The position numbers and the translations under genes were made by a program. From Candidatus Gastranaerophilales bacterium (GTDB lineage Bacteria; Cyanobacteriota; Vampirovibrionia; Gastranaerophilales; Gastranaerophilaceae): a stretch of DNA of 64,000 nucleotides. Of the stretch, positions 1 to 9,312 are shown in pieces (the first letter of the stretch is position 1; every line of letters begins with the position of its first letter). The DNA lies in the NCBI GenBank assembly GCA_944322865.1, contig CALUQJ010000001.1, forward strand, positions 2,223 through 66,222, written 5' to 3'. Below the pieces are notes generated by a model that saw only the letters and a program-made list of their open reading frames with translations, was not told the DNA's origin and ran no database searches.

Positions 1-2124
1 AACGCGTTTTGTGTCGGGTTTTCGGATTATTTGCCGGAAGACATAAGGGCAAAAAAAATTAATAGGATTTTAGACGAAAACCCGCTTTTTTCAATAGAAT
101 ATTTAAAATTGCTGGAATGGGTCGCGAATTATTACTGCACTGATTTAGTAACGGTCCTAAATGCAGCAATTCCGCTAAAATTAATTGAAAAAGCCGCTAA
201 AACAGAGCAGGTGGTTGAATTTGTAACATTCGAAGGCGCAACAAAAAGACAGATAGAGGTATTGGAGATGTTAAAATCGGTCGGGAAATCGCCGCTTGTT
301 GTGTTTGAAAAAAGAGCCAAAACTACGCGCGCAACAGTTAAAAAGCTTGAGGCACTCGGATGTTTAAAGCTTACCAACGAAGATATTTATAGAAATCCGC
401 TTGATATTTTACGAATTTCTGAACGCGAGTCGTTGTTTGAACTTTCGGGCGATCAACAAAAAGTCTATGAAGGGATTAGAAAAAAAATTCTAAACCACTC
501 AAATACCAATGTTACAGAAAAAAAGATTAGTGGTGAGCAAGAGGAACCTCTCAAGTCTGCGGTTGAAATTCTTCTCCATGGTGTCACGGCATCCGGCAAA
601 ACAGAAGTTTATTTTAAGCTTATTGATGATACTATTAAATCCGGAAAAAATGTTTTGTTTTTAGCTCCGGAAATTGCTCTGGCGTCACAATTAACCAAAC
701 GTCTGGCAAAAAAATTCGGGACAGAAGATGTTGCAATATGGCACAGCAGCATCTCAGAAGGTGAACGATATGATGTTTGGCAAAAACTTTACCGCAACGA
801 AATAAAAATTCTGGCAGGAGCGCGTTCCGCAGTTTTTGCCCCGCTTAATAATATCGGGCTTATAATTATTGATGAAGAACACGAAAGCGCATACAAACAA
901 ACAAATCCGGCACCGCGTTATGATGCACGTGTTGTGGCAAGGAAACTTGCTGAATTTCACAATTGTCCACTTATTCTCGGCTCCGCAACCCCGGATATTT
1001 CATCTTATTACAGGGCTGTAAATACAGGTAATCTTTTTGAATTAAAAAAAAGGTTTAACGATGCTAAAGTTCCTCCGGTAACAGTCATAAACATGCAGGA
1101 ACACGGACGCGCCGCTTATCGCAACATTATTTCTAAACCTTTGCAAACAGCAATAACGGAAACTGTTTCCAAAGGACAGCAGGTAATTTTACTTATAAAC
1201 CGACGCGGATTTTCAACCTTCACGCAATGTCAGGCATGCGGACATGTTATAGAATGTCCGAATTGCGCAATTCCAATGATCTGGCATGCGAAAGATAAGG
1301 TATTAAAATGTCATTACTGCAACCATGTTGAATCCTTCCCTGATTTTTGTCCGGAATGCCATTCGGATGCACTTAAAACAAGCGGCACAGGTACACAAAA
1401 AATTGAAATGCTTATAAAAGAATTGTATCCGGATTATAGAGTTGAACGTGTAGACAGTGACGTAATGGTTAGGAAAGGCGAACATATAAGGCTTTTGGAG
1501 CGTTTTCAACAGGGAGATATAGATATCCTTGTCGGAACACAAATGATCGCAAAAGGCTTAGATAACCCGAATGTAACACTTGTCGGTGTAATTTCAGCAG
1601 ATGCAAGTTTTAATCTGCCTGATTTTCGTGCATCAGAACGCGGTTTTCAATTATTGACGCAGGTTGCTGGACGTGCCGGACGCGGAGAATTTAGCGGAAA
1701 TGTATTTTTTCAAACCTACAACCCTGATTTTTATGCACTGGAAAGCGCTAAATCCCAAAATTACGGTGAATTTTATGCAACAGAAATAGTTGCACGCGAA
1801 GAGTTTGATTACCCGCCATTCAGTCAGATTATCCGACTTATTTTAAGCTCGGAAAATAATTTCCGCGCCGAAAAATCTGCACAGGAAATAGCTCTACGGC
1901 TTTGCACAATGATTGAAAAATACGGTATTTCTGAGCGAATAGAGGTTCTGGGTCCGACTGCCTGCGTAATAGAACGGATCAACGGTATGTATCGTTTTCA
2001 AATCCTGATAAAAAATAAATTAGACGAAAAAGGTCACAATTTTATATCAAGTTTTCTCGGCAAGATAACAATGCCTAAAGATATAAAACTGTCAATTGAC
2101 GTTGACCCGCTAGATATTTTGTAA
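1..2124 (+). CDS. priA: Primosomal protein N' (PriA replication-restart helicase), 5' end cut by the window edge
   Basis: The frame is open from nt 1. Walker A LLHGVTASGKTEVY, DEEH box IIDEEHES, Cys-rich zinc region CQACGH..CPNC..CHYC..CPEC, helicase C motifs TQMIAKGLD and QVAGRAGR. Confidence 0.92.
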   Translation, partial: NAFCVGFSDYLPEDIRAKKINRILDENPLFSIEYLKLLEWVANYYCTDLVTVLNAAIPLKLIEKAAKTEQVVEFVTFEGATKRQIEVLEMLKSVGKSPLVVFEKRAKTTRATVKKLEALGCLKLTNEDIYRNPLDILRISERESLFELSGDQQKVYEGIRKKILNHSNTNVTEKKISGEQEEPLKSAVEILLHGVTASGKTEVYFKLIDDTIKSGKNVLFLAPEIALASQLTKRLAKKFGTEDVAIWHSSISEGERYDVWQKLYRNEIKILAGARSAVFAPLNNIGLIIIDEEHESAYKQTNPAPRYDARVVARKLAEFHNCPLILGSATPDISSYYRAVNTGNLFELKKRFNDAKVPPVTVINMQEHGRAAYRNIISKPLQTAITETVSKGQQVILLINRRGFSTFTQCQACGHVIECPNCAIPMIWHAKDKVLKCHYCNHVESFPDFCPECHSDALKTSGTGTQKIEMLIKELYPDYRVERVDSDVMVRKGEHIRLLERFQQGDIDILVGTQMIAKGLDNPNVTLVGVISADASFNLPDFRASERGFQLLTQVAGRAGRGEFSGNVFFQTYNPDFYALESAKSQNYGEFYATEIVAREEFDYPPFSQIIRLILSSENNFRAEKSAQEIALRLCTMIEKYGISERIEVLGPTACVIERINGMYRFQILIKNKLDEKGHNFISSFLGKITMPKDIKLSIDVDPLDIL

Positions 2125-2286
2125 AATTTCAGAAATCACAAGCAAAGCATATTCAGATATTGAAGCCACCGCTGATTATATTGCTATAGACAACAAAAAG
2201 GCGGCTTACAAAACAGCAAAAATTTGAGGGGTTTATCTGCATATCAGGATGTATGTAAGCAGTTGTAAAAAAGTTTTGAATATGTA

Positions 2287-2315
2287 TTGACAAAATCAAA
2301 AATGTGTGTTATCAT
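2287..2315 (+). promoter_or_regulatory. Sigma70-type promoter: TTGACA, 17 nt, TGT-TATCAT
   Basis: TTGACA at 2287-2292, 17-nt spacer, extended -10 TGTTATCAT at 2307-2315. An ATG lies exactly 6 nt downstream at 2322. Confidence 0.55.
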
Positions 2316-2321
2316 ATAGAT

Positions 2322-2960
2322 ATGGAAAACTTTTCAGAAGAAAACTCTTTATATTGTCAAAAATCAGGTCGTGGCGGCAGAAGATTAAATGCCGGCAGAA
2401 AACGTTCCTGCCTAAAAAAAATTCCGTACAACAGAAGAATTAACGAAAATGTACTCAATATATTAAGAGAATACGCAAAATTCCACAATATATCCGAAAC
2501 AGAAGCTCTGGAAAGTGCAATACTCATGCAGTCAAATATAGATAAATTGAAAGGAGATAAAGTTATGAAAATTGCTATTCCGACAGAAGACAACCATCTG
2601 TGCTCACACTTTGGTCACTGTGAGGCTTTTACATTTGTAGAGGTAAATCCAGAAACAAAAGAAATTTTAAACATTGAAACAAAAGTTCCGGAAGAAGGAA
2701 TTTCATGCCAGAGTGCAAGCTGGGTATCAGAACAGGGAGCAAGCATTGTACTTGCAGGCGGTATGGGCGGTCGTCCGATGGGAATTTTTGAACAAAACGG
2801 TGTTAAAGTAGTTTCAGGCTGCCCTGAATTATCAATTGAAGAGCTTGTTAATAAATATTTAAACTCCACCCTTACAACAGGTGTAAACAGCTGCGGCGGA
2901 GAACACAGCCACTGCGGCGGGCATCAGCACGGGGCACATCACTGTCACCACGGTAAATAA
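2322..2960 (+). CDS. NifX/NifB-like (dinitrogenase FeMo-cofactor-binding fold) domain protein with Arg-rich, RHH-like N-terminal extension and His/Cys-rich tail; alternative internal start at 2565
   Basis: C-terminal part MKIAIPTEDNHLCSHFGHCEAFTFVEV...VLAGGMGGRPMGIFEQNGVKV is typical of the NifX/NifB family. Tail is HSHCGGHQHGAHHCHHGK. A strong SD (AAAGGAG, 2550-2556) precedes the ATG at 2565. The upstream in-frame part (GRKRSCLKKIPYNRRINENVLNILREYAKFHNISETEALESAIL) looks ribbon-helix-helix-like and begins at a putative leaderless ATG at 2322. Confidence 0.6.
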   Translation: MENFSEENSLYCQKSGRGGRRLNAGRKRSCLKKIPYNRRINENVLNILREYAKFHNISETEALESAILMQSNIDKLKGDKVMKIAIPTEDNHLCSHFGHCEAFTFVEVNPETKEILNIETKVPEEGISCQSASWVSEQGASIVLAGGMGGRPMGIFEQNGVKVVSGCPELSIEELVNKYLNSTLTTGVNSCGGEHSHCGGHQHGAHHCHHGK

Positions 2961-3007
2961 TTTTTACAAAATAGCAAAAAATAAATTTTTAAGTTTTTGT
3001 AGAGGAT

Positions 3008-3790
3008 ATGCAAATATATCCTCTACAAAATTATAGTTTTACCCCTGCATTCAAAAGCAACACCAGATATGTGACAGATAAAGCCGGTCAGGTAATTTAC
3101 AGAAATACAACAAACTTTTTTCGTAACGATCTGGATTGGAATGCTTTTGCAGAATTTGTAAAAAATAAATATAAAGATGCCGATAAAGTCAACGTGATAT
3201 GTCATGCGTGTTCTGACGGGTCAGAGCCAATCTCACTTGCTATCCTTTTACAGGAAAAATTTGGGCAAGGTGCCGCAAAATTTTTTCCGATAACCGCAAA
3301 AGATCTTGATTCTACTGTAATATATATGGCAAATGGTAATTACATAAATATGGATTATTCTGATTTTGAATTAATTAACAAATATACCAATAATAAATTC
3401 AGCAAATATTTTAGTTATCCCCAAAGAGGATTAGGCATAGAGGACGATTATCCGGTCAGGATTATGCCGGAGTTAAAAAAACAAATAAAATTTTCAGTTG
3501 CTGATATAACCGAGGACATACATAACCTGCCTGCCCGAAACACCATTTTATTTTGTAGAAATTTCTGGCCGTATCTTGAAAATAAATCGGAAATCTACAG
3601 GCTTGCAGCAAATTTAGCATCACGTTTGAAGGATAACTGTACTGTTGTTACCGGATTTTATGATAACACTGTTGCGTTACCTGCACTACTCAAACAGGAA
3701 GGCTTTAAATGGGTAGCGCCGAATGTATACGAAACGAAGCCAAAGCCTTTGTATTACAGAAATTATATTGATGCGCATAAGAATAAATAG
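3008..3790 (+). CDS. CheR-type SAM-dependent methyltransferase-like protein
   Basis: FFRNDLDW...VNVICHACSDGSEPISLAILL, ITAKDLDSTVIYMANGNY and ILFCRNFWPYL resemble the CheR SAM-binding domain motifs. SD AGAGGA lies before the ATG. Confidence 0.55.
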   Translation: MQIYPLQNYSFTPAFKSNTRYVTDKAGQVIYRNTTNFFRNDLDWNAFAEFVKNKYKDADKVNVICHACSDGSEPISLAILLQEKFGQGAAKFFPITAKDLDSTVIYMANGNYINMDYSDFELINKYTNNKFSKYFSYPQRGLGIEDDYPVRIMPELKKQIKFSVADITEDIHNLPARNTILFCRNFWPYLENKSEIYRLAANLASRLKDNCTVVTGFYDNTVALPALLKQEGFKWVAPNVYETKPKPLYYRNYIDAHKNK

Positions 3791-3802
3791 TAAAATAAAT
3801 AC

Positions 3803-4405
3803 TTACCAATCTTGAGAACCGTATTTTTTATATAATTCAATTGTTTTGTGTAATTTTTTTTCGACAAGAGCCAATTTTTCAAGAGTTTCTTTATTAACAA
3901 CTTTGGTGCGCAGAACCTGCAAATCGAGTAATTCTTCTTTTGCTTTGCGGACGCGTTCTTTGTCCTGTTCGCGTTTTAAAAAAAGCCAGCCTGAGAAGCC
4001 GCACCCCGGCGGAACTATCGCCCAGGGGGAACTCGGAAAATGCTTGCATAAGGTTTTTCTATCCTCGTAACGCCCGCATTTATTGTCATCTTGCAGGTAT
4101 TTACAATAATAGAAAGTTAAATTTTCTGTTGATTTTTGATCGTTTTGTAAGTGATTAAAAATGTTGTCTACTGTTTCGGCATCGACTTTTCGCGCTGCTT
4201 CTACTGAATCATAAGGTACAAATATTTCTAAAAATTCTTTTGCATAAACATCATTTTTGCGCGCAAGTTCACAAAGTTCTTCATGAGATGTTCCGGTTGT
4301 TACAACACGACAGCATTTTCCGCACATTAGACACAAATCTTGAGGACGCTTATTTAAATAATTTTTTTCATATGAATCATCCATATCTATATTATAAGTC
4401 CTCAT
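3803..4405 (-). CDS. YkgJ/UPF0153-family cysteine-cluster protein with C-terminal coiled coil
   Basis: CxxCxxCC motif CLMCGKCCR plus downstream Cys residues (CKYL..NKCGRY..CKHFP..GCG). K/E-rich helical tail. Confidence 0.6.
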   Translation of the reverse strand: MRTYNIDMDDSYEKNYLNKRPQDLCLMCGKCCRVVTTGTSHEELCELARKNDVYAKEFLEIFVPYDSVEAARKVDAETVDNIFNHLQNDQKSTENLTFYYCKYLQDDNKCGRYEDRKTLCKHFPSSPWAIVPPGCGFSGWLFLKREQDKERVRKAKEELLDLQVLRTKVVNKETLEKLALVEKKLHKTIELYKKYGSQDW

Positions 4406-4510
4406 GCCTGAAAAAGTTAATCATTGTAATATTTCTTAAAATTTTCATAAAAAAGGCAATAAATTCTGTATTTTAAACTTTTATAATATAAGTAGTAGCA
4501 GAGGTTAGTC

Positions 4511-5380
4511 ATGCAAAATTCAGTAGGACAATATCAAACCCAGCCAATACAGCAGGGGCAGCCTGTACAGCCACAGCCTGCAATAACAACACCGGGCAGC
4601 ACTCAATCAGGAGTTTATATACAGATATTTAACCCGTCAGTAGGGACACCGGGAGCTGCTCCTGTTTATAATGTAAATGCTCCGTCTTATGGTACTAATC
4701 CTAATCAATCACAGTGTTATCCGTCTGGCTACTATACAAATAACTGGGGACAAGGGTACAACAATCCGCAGTATCCTGCCGCAAATATTCCGGGTGGACA
4801 ATCTATTAACGGAGGGGTTACACAAACCCAAAACGTTAATGTAACCCCTGCTTATGATACACGGACTCAGACATCTATTCCGCAGACAAGCCAAACCCAA
4901 ACTACAACAACAACCGAAACATCAGGTGACAGCGGCAAAAAAGCAGAAAAACGTACAATCGTAATGCTGACTGATGATTACATAAAAAATGTAGAAAATT
5001 ATTTGAACAGTCAGGATAAAGAAGTACGTCTGATGGGCGCAAAAGAAGTTGTTGCACGTGCGCTCGAAGACCCTTCAAGAAAAGATGATAAAGCTTTAAC
5101 AGCTCTGGTCAACAAAATGATTCAAGATCCGGATATGAAAGTTCGTTTTATGGGATTAAGTCTACTGTACTCTCGTAACATAACAGGTGATGAATACACA
5201 GTAAATGTACTTAAACAAATGCAAAATTCTACAACAGGTTACGGACAGGATGCACTTATGGCAGCAAATATTCTTCTTAAAATGTCCGGACAAACAACAG
5301 AAAAAGAATTTGAAGTAACTGATAAAGACAAGAAAAAGAAAAAAACAGAAGACATTAATAAGGTGATGACATTATTATGA
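4511..5380 (+). CDS. Hypothetical protein: Q/P/N/T-rich low-complexity N-terminal half, HEAT-like repeats in C-terminal half
   Basis: SD AGAGG. Repeats resemble HEAT/PBS-lyase type (DKEVRLMGAKEVVARALEDP, DPDMKVRFMGLSLL). ATGA overlap with the next gene. Confidence 0.5.
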   Translation: MQNSVGQYQTQPIQQGQPVQPQPAITTPGSTQSGVYIQIFNPSVGTPGAAPVYNVNAPSYGTNPNQSQCYPSGYYTNNWGQGYNNPQYPAANIPGGQSINGGVTQTQNVNVTPAYDTRTQTSIPQTSQTQTTTTTETSGDSGKKAEKRTIVMLTDDYIKNVENYLNSQDKEVRLMGAKEVVARALEDPSRKDDKALTALVNKMIQDPDMKVRFMGLSLLYSRNITGDEYTVNVLKQMQNSTTGYGQDALMAANILLKMSGQTTEKEFEVTDKDKKKKKTEDINKVMTLL

Positions 5381-5847
5381 GAATAATTAGTGCAATAAAA
5401 AACAATTACGGGAAATATCTTGCTAAAGGGGCAGGCGCACTTGCTCTTGGTATTGTTGCATACGATTCTCACACCTTAGGCAAAATACATTCCTCGGCTT
5501 ATGCCAAAACGCAGGACGCGAAAGCATGTGTTAATTCTTATGAAAACAATATGTATCTTTCAGATCCAAGCATAACGACTTCTAAAGCAAAAAATTTCTT
5601 ATTTAACTGGCAGATACAGGATAACGTACGCCATTTTGTAAATTCTGCAATAGGATATTTCAGCGGTTTTGGCTCAATGCTTGTTAATTCCGTTGTACCT
5701 CTTGGGCTCGGACTCGGCGCTATATTTTCTAAAAATAAAAAGGTTGCAGGCGGCTTTGGTATAGGTCTGGCCGTATACGGCGTTGTCAAATTCATTAAAG
5801 ATGTCTGCGGGGTGGGACATCCTAATTATTTAAACAAGAAGTATTAA
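5377..5847 (+). CDS. Hypothetical small membrane protein
   Basis: Translationally coupled to the upstream gene by an ATGA overlap. Gly-rich hydrophobic segments (GAGALALGIVA, VVPLGLGLGAIF, GGFGIGLAVYGVV). Confidence 0.5.
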   Translation: MRIISAIKNNYGKYLAKGAGALALGIVAYDSHTLGKIHSSAYAKTQDAKACVNSYENNMYLSDPSITTSKAKNFLFNWQIQDNVRHFVNSAIGYFSGFGSMLVNSVVPLGLGLGAIFSKNKKVAGGFGIGLAVYGVVKFIKDVCGVGHPNYLNKKY

Positions 5848-6523
5848 TGTATTTTTCATATAAATCAGGACGTCTTTCTTTTGTCCGTTTTAAACTTTCC
5901 TGATAGCGAAATTCATTAATTTCTTTGTGGTTGCCGTTAAGTAAAACATCAGGAACATTCAAGCCTCTGTACTCGCGTGGTTTGGTATAATGCGGGTATT
6001 CTAATAAGCCGTTAGAAAAACTATCTTCCTCTGCTGATTCAATTTTGCCTAATGTACCTTCAAGTTTGCGGCTAACAGCATCTATAAGACATAGAGCAGG
6101 TAATTCCCCCCCGGTCAATACAAAGTCGCCTATCGAAATTTCATGTGGTTTGATTATATCTCTTATACGTTCGTCAAAACCTTCATAATGCCCGCAAAGT
6201 ATAACGATTTGGTCAGCTTTTGATAGTTCGTTAACGATATTGTCAGTTAAAGGTTCCCCTTGCGGCGACATCATAACAGTAACTGTATTTTCTGCTAAAT
6301 CAATGCTCTCATAAGCATCTACATAAGGCTGAGCCATAAGCACCATGCCTGCTCCGCCGCCGTAAGGTGTATCGTCCACTTTTTTGTGTTTATCCAGCGT
6401 GTAATCTCGGGGATTAACCACATTCAGCTGAAACACTCCCTTTTCGCTTGCGCGTTTCATTATACTGTAATCACAAAACTGCTCTACCATTTCTGGGAAA
6501 AGTGTCAGTACATCAAACCTCAT
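5822..6523 (-). CDS. trmD: tRNA (guanine37-N1)-methyltransferase
   Basis: MRFDVLTLFPEM..., DDTPYGGGAGMVL and ISIGDFVLTGGELPA are classic TrmD motifs. 4-nt overlap with rimM. Confidence 0.93.
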   Translation of the reverse strand: MRFDVLTLFPEMVEQFCDYSIMKRASEKGVFQLNVVNPRDYTLDKHKKVDDTPYGGGAGMVLMAQPYVDAYESIDLAENTVTVMMSPQGEPLTDNIVNELSKADQIVILCGHYEGFDERIRDIIKPHEISIGDFVLTGGELPALCLIDAVSRKLEGTLGKIESAEEDSFSNGLLEYPHYTKPREYRGLNVPDVLLNGNHKEINEFRYQESLKRTKERRPDLYEKYINTSCLNN

Positions 6524-7035
6524 TCCAAAAGCCCTTCCAGATTGTTTATAATAATTTTTTTATCCTTAAGTTTAACCTCTGTTACTATGGCCTTTACAAA
6601 AGGAACGAGTGATATTTTTTTTGAGTTTGTCTTAACAGAAAGCAGATCAGTTGCCCCGTTATTGGACACTCCGATTACAAATCCCAGTTTTTTATTATCA
6701 GCATCAAAAACTTCCATGCCAACAAGTTCATCTATCAAAAATTCATCTTCTTCAAGATTTTCCCGAATTGTTTTTTCAGTAACAAATAGTAAAGCCCCTT
6801 TGTAAGGCAGTAAATCATTTATTGAATTAATGTCCTCAAATTTTACTAAAGCAAAATTTTTATTAATCCGGATATTCTTGATTTTCAACGGCAGATACTG
6901 ATTGGACTGTCCGACAAAAACCTCTTTTAAGGAGCAAAAGAACTCCTGCTGATTTTTAGAAAAACCAACTTTAGCCTCGCCCTGTATGCCGTGAAAGTTT
7001 AAGATCTTACCTACAGAAACAAACTTGTCATTCAT
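6520..7035 (-). CDS. rimM: 16S rRNA processing protein RimM
   Basis: VGKILNFHGIQGEAKV N-terminal motif, PRC-barrel-like C-terminus, position immediately upstream of trmD. Confidence 0.85.
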   Translation of the reverse strand: MNDKFVSVGKILNFHGIQGEAKVGFSKNQQEFFCSLKEVFVGQSNQYLPLKIKNIRINKNFALVKFEDINSINDLLPYKGALLFVTEKTIRENLEEDEFLIDELVGMEVFDADNKKLGFVIGVSNNGATDLLSVKTNSKKISLVPFVKAIVTEVKLKDKKIIINNLEGLLE

Positions 7036-8042
7036 TATTCAGCAGTTTCTTCCGTAGTTTTAGCTTTTCTTGTTCTTTTAGGCTTTGGAGCAGGTTCAGC
7101 AGCTGGTCCTTCTGCAACGACAGCTGTATCAGCGGTAGTTGCTGTTTCAGATACATCGGCTGCTTTTTCTTCCGGAGCTGCTTTAGTTTTTTTAGCCGGT
7201 TTTCTGTATTCTTCAGGAGCATCAGGACGATCCTGATTCCATCTTTTTAAGCCCATTTGAGCACGAATAAGTCCGATGCCGACATGAACACGCCATTCAT
7301 CCATTTTTAACTGTGCTGCAATAATTTTGTGACATCCGATTGGAGGCAGCGGCAAAAGCGGTTCATAAAGATTTTTAATTGCAAATATTTGATCAGGTGA
7401 GATAGCCAGTTTACGCTTCGGGAACGGTAATTTTGGCAGCATAAGTTTTTGTCTAACCAGATTTATACCAAAGAATACTTTTCTTGGTTCAATACCCAAT
7501 TTTTCGCCGATAACTTCATGACAATCAGGGTTAGGAAGAGGAAGCATGGTTTTATATAATGCTTCAATTTGTTCTAACTGCTCTCTTGTGACCAATAATT
7601 GTTTTGGTGCTTTCGGTTTAGCCGGACGCTTGTTGAATTTACCGCCCGGTCTGCGTGATGAAAATCCGCCGCGGTTGTCACGGTTAAAAGAGCCTGTTTT
7701 TTGATGTCCACCAGGTTTTCTGTTGTTATAAGCTCTTGAATACCCGCCGCGATTGTCACGGTTGTTTCCGCCTGAACTGTAGTTTTGACGCGGACGCTGC
7801 GGGCGGTTGTATCTTTGTTGACTATCAGAATTACCGCCTGCACTGTAATATCGCGGCGCTTCGTCAGGTGTGCTATATGATTGTAATTGTTTGTTTTCTT
7901 CATTGGATGCTGCATTACCGCCTGATGACGGTGAATTTATCATCATACTTTTGTCTGGATATAAACAATCCGGACATATAACTCTTTTGGGGTTCTTAGT
8001 TTCAAACTCACGACCGCATTTGATACATTTGTTCACATACAT
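7035..8042 (-). CDS. Hypothetical zinc-ribbon protein with RG/N-rich disordered region and two tandem ~55-aa repeats
   Basis: N-terminal CIKCG..17..CPDC, RDNRGG-type low complexity, internal duplication (LEQIEALYKTMLPLPNPDCHEVIGEKLGIEPRKVFFGINLVRQKL / IFAIKNLYEPLLPLPPIGCHKIIAAQLKMDEWRVHVGIGLIRAQM). SD AAGAGG. TAATG 1-nt overlap with rimM. Confidence 0.6.
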   Translation of the reverse strand: MYVNKCIKCGREFETKNPKRVICPDCLYPDKSMMINSPSSGGNAASNEENKQLQSYSTPDEAPRYYSAGGNSDSQQRYNRPQRPRQNYSSGGNNRDNRGGYSRAYNNRKPGGHQKTGSFNRDNRGGFSSRRPGGKFNKRPAKPKAPKQLLVTREQLEQIEALYKTMLPLPNPDCHEVIGEKLGIEPRKVFFGINLVRQKLMLPKLPFPKRKLAISPDQIFAIKNLYEPLLPLPPIGCHKIIAAQLKMDEWRVHVGIGLIRAQMGLKRWNQDRPDAPEEYRKPAKKTKAAPEEKAADVSETATTADTAVVAEGPAAEPAPKPKRTRKAKTTEETAE

Positions 8043-8196
8043 AATAATAAGCCTCTTAATTTAAATAATACAATGGGTTCCAAAAATAAAAATTAATTAA
8101 TTCTCCTCAGAGTAAAAATTTTTTTCCATAAAATAGTGCTAAACTAATACAATTAGTATAACATACTAATAATTATTTTTCAAGTGTTTTTTTAAA

Positions 8197-8634
8197 TTAT
8201 TTTTCAATCATAAAAGTTACCGGACCATCGTTAATCAGTTCAACCTCCATCATTGCGCGGAATTTACCGGTTTTGGGGTGCAGCCCCTCCTTCTTAACAC
8301 ATTTAATAAAATATTCATATAAGTCAACAGCTTTTTCTGGCGCAGCTGCATTATCAAAAGAAGGACGTGTCCCCTTTTTGCAATCACCGCAGAGGGTAAA
8401 TTGTGAAACTATCAGTATTTCCGCATTTATATCTTTCAGCGATAAGTTCATTTTAGAGTTATCATCTTCAAAAATCCTTAGATTTAATATTTTTTGTGCC
8501 AATTTTTCAGCATTAATTTGCTCATCATTTTTTTCAACTCCCAGAAAAACGAGTAAACCTTTGTCTATTTTTGAATATAATTCCCCGTCTATCGTGACTG
8601 AGGCATGTTTGACACGTTGGATTAAAGCTTTCAT
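8197..8634 (-). CDS. dtd: D-aminoacyl-tRNA deacylase
   Basis: [13 protein letters not shown]..., [17 protein letters not shown], 145 aa, SD AAGGAG. Confidence 0.9.
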   Translation of the reverse strand: MKALIQRVKHASVTIDGELYSKIDKGLLVFLGVEKNDEQINAEKLAQKILNLRIFEDDNSKMNLSLKDINAEILIVSQFTLCGDCKKGTRPSFDNAAAPEKAVDLYEYFIKCVKKEGLHPKTGKFRAMMEVELINDGPVTFMIEK

Positions 8635-8719
8635 TTATTACTCCTTATTTGTACAAGCATTATATCATCCTTAAACCAGATAGTAAATCAGAAATTTATA
8701 AATTGGCATGGCGGAAACA

Positions 8720-8748
8720 TTGACTTTTTTAATTTTGTCATTAATAAT
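8720..8748 (+). promoter_or_regulatory. Candidate sigma70-type promoter upstream of fliJ
   Basis: TTGACT at 8720-8725, 16-17 nt spacer, TAATAA/AATAAT at 8742-8748. Confidence 0.3.
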
Positions 8749-8817
8749 CTCATACGTTTAGATGTTTATTACACTTTCAAAATCAGGCATAATAACATCA
8801 AGAAAGTGTAGCCTTAA

Positions 8818-9309
8818 ATGCCTTTTCGTTACAGATTACAAAAAATACTGGATTTCAGAATCCGTAAAAAAGAAGAACAATTGATCGTTGTACAAAAAGC
8901 TCAGCAGGAAGTGTTCATTGCAGAGGAAAACATCAGAAAAAACAACGCAGAAATTGAAGCAACAAAATCTAACATGAGGCAGGCAGACCCGATGATGTAT
9001 GAAGCATATGATAACTATCTTGTACATCTGTGGGAAAAGGCAGAACAACTTGAACAAATCCGTATTGAAAAACAAAATATTCTTGATGCCGAAAAGCACA
9101 AACTCGTCCTTCTGGAACAGGCTGTCAAAGTTCTTGAAAAACATAAAGAGAAGAACAGAGAAGCTTATATAGAAGAAGAGAAAGCTCAGGAATTGAAAAA
9201 ATATTCCGAACTTGGAGTCACAAGATTCTTCGCACAATCCGTCGAAAGACAAGAAGAGGAAGAAAAAGAGATTATGAGGCAGCTGGAAGCGTTAGATAAT
9301 GAGGCGTAG
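8818..9309 (+). CDS. fliJ: Flagellar export chaperone FliJ-like protein
   Basis: Start FRYRLQKILDFRIRKKEEQL and an all-helical charged 163-aa protein match the FliJ family pattern. It is followed by hook-related genes. Confidence 0.62.
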   Translation: MPFRYRLQKILDFRIRKKEEQLIVVQKAQQEVFIAEENIRKNNAEIEATKSNMRQADPMMYEAYDNYLVHLWEKAEQLEQIRIEKQNILDAEKHKLVLLEQAVKVLEKHKEKNREAYIEEEKAQELKKYSELGVTRFFAQSVERQEEEEKEIMRQLEALDNEA

Positions 9310-9312
9310 GTT

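Noticed and set aside
132-377. Track ORFs antisense to or nested in clear genes. Examples: 132..377, 754..960, 7028..7222, 7574..7915, 8273..8674, 8836..9252, 38582..39004, 40086..40448, 40467..40820, 59434..59850, 61528..61881, 62795..63642.
   Set aside because: They lie opposite or inside genes with strong family motifs, have low-complexity or Cys/Phe/Leu-rich translations typical of shadow frames, and lack SDs.
8703-8718. TGGCAT...sequence upstream of fliJ that resembles a sigma54 -24 element.
   Set aside because: The -12 GC is missing at the required 10-nt spacing (TGGCATGGCGGAAAC), so this is not a sigma54 promoter.
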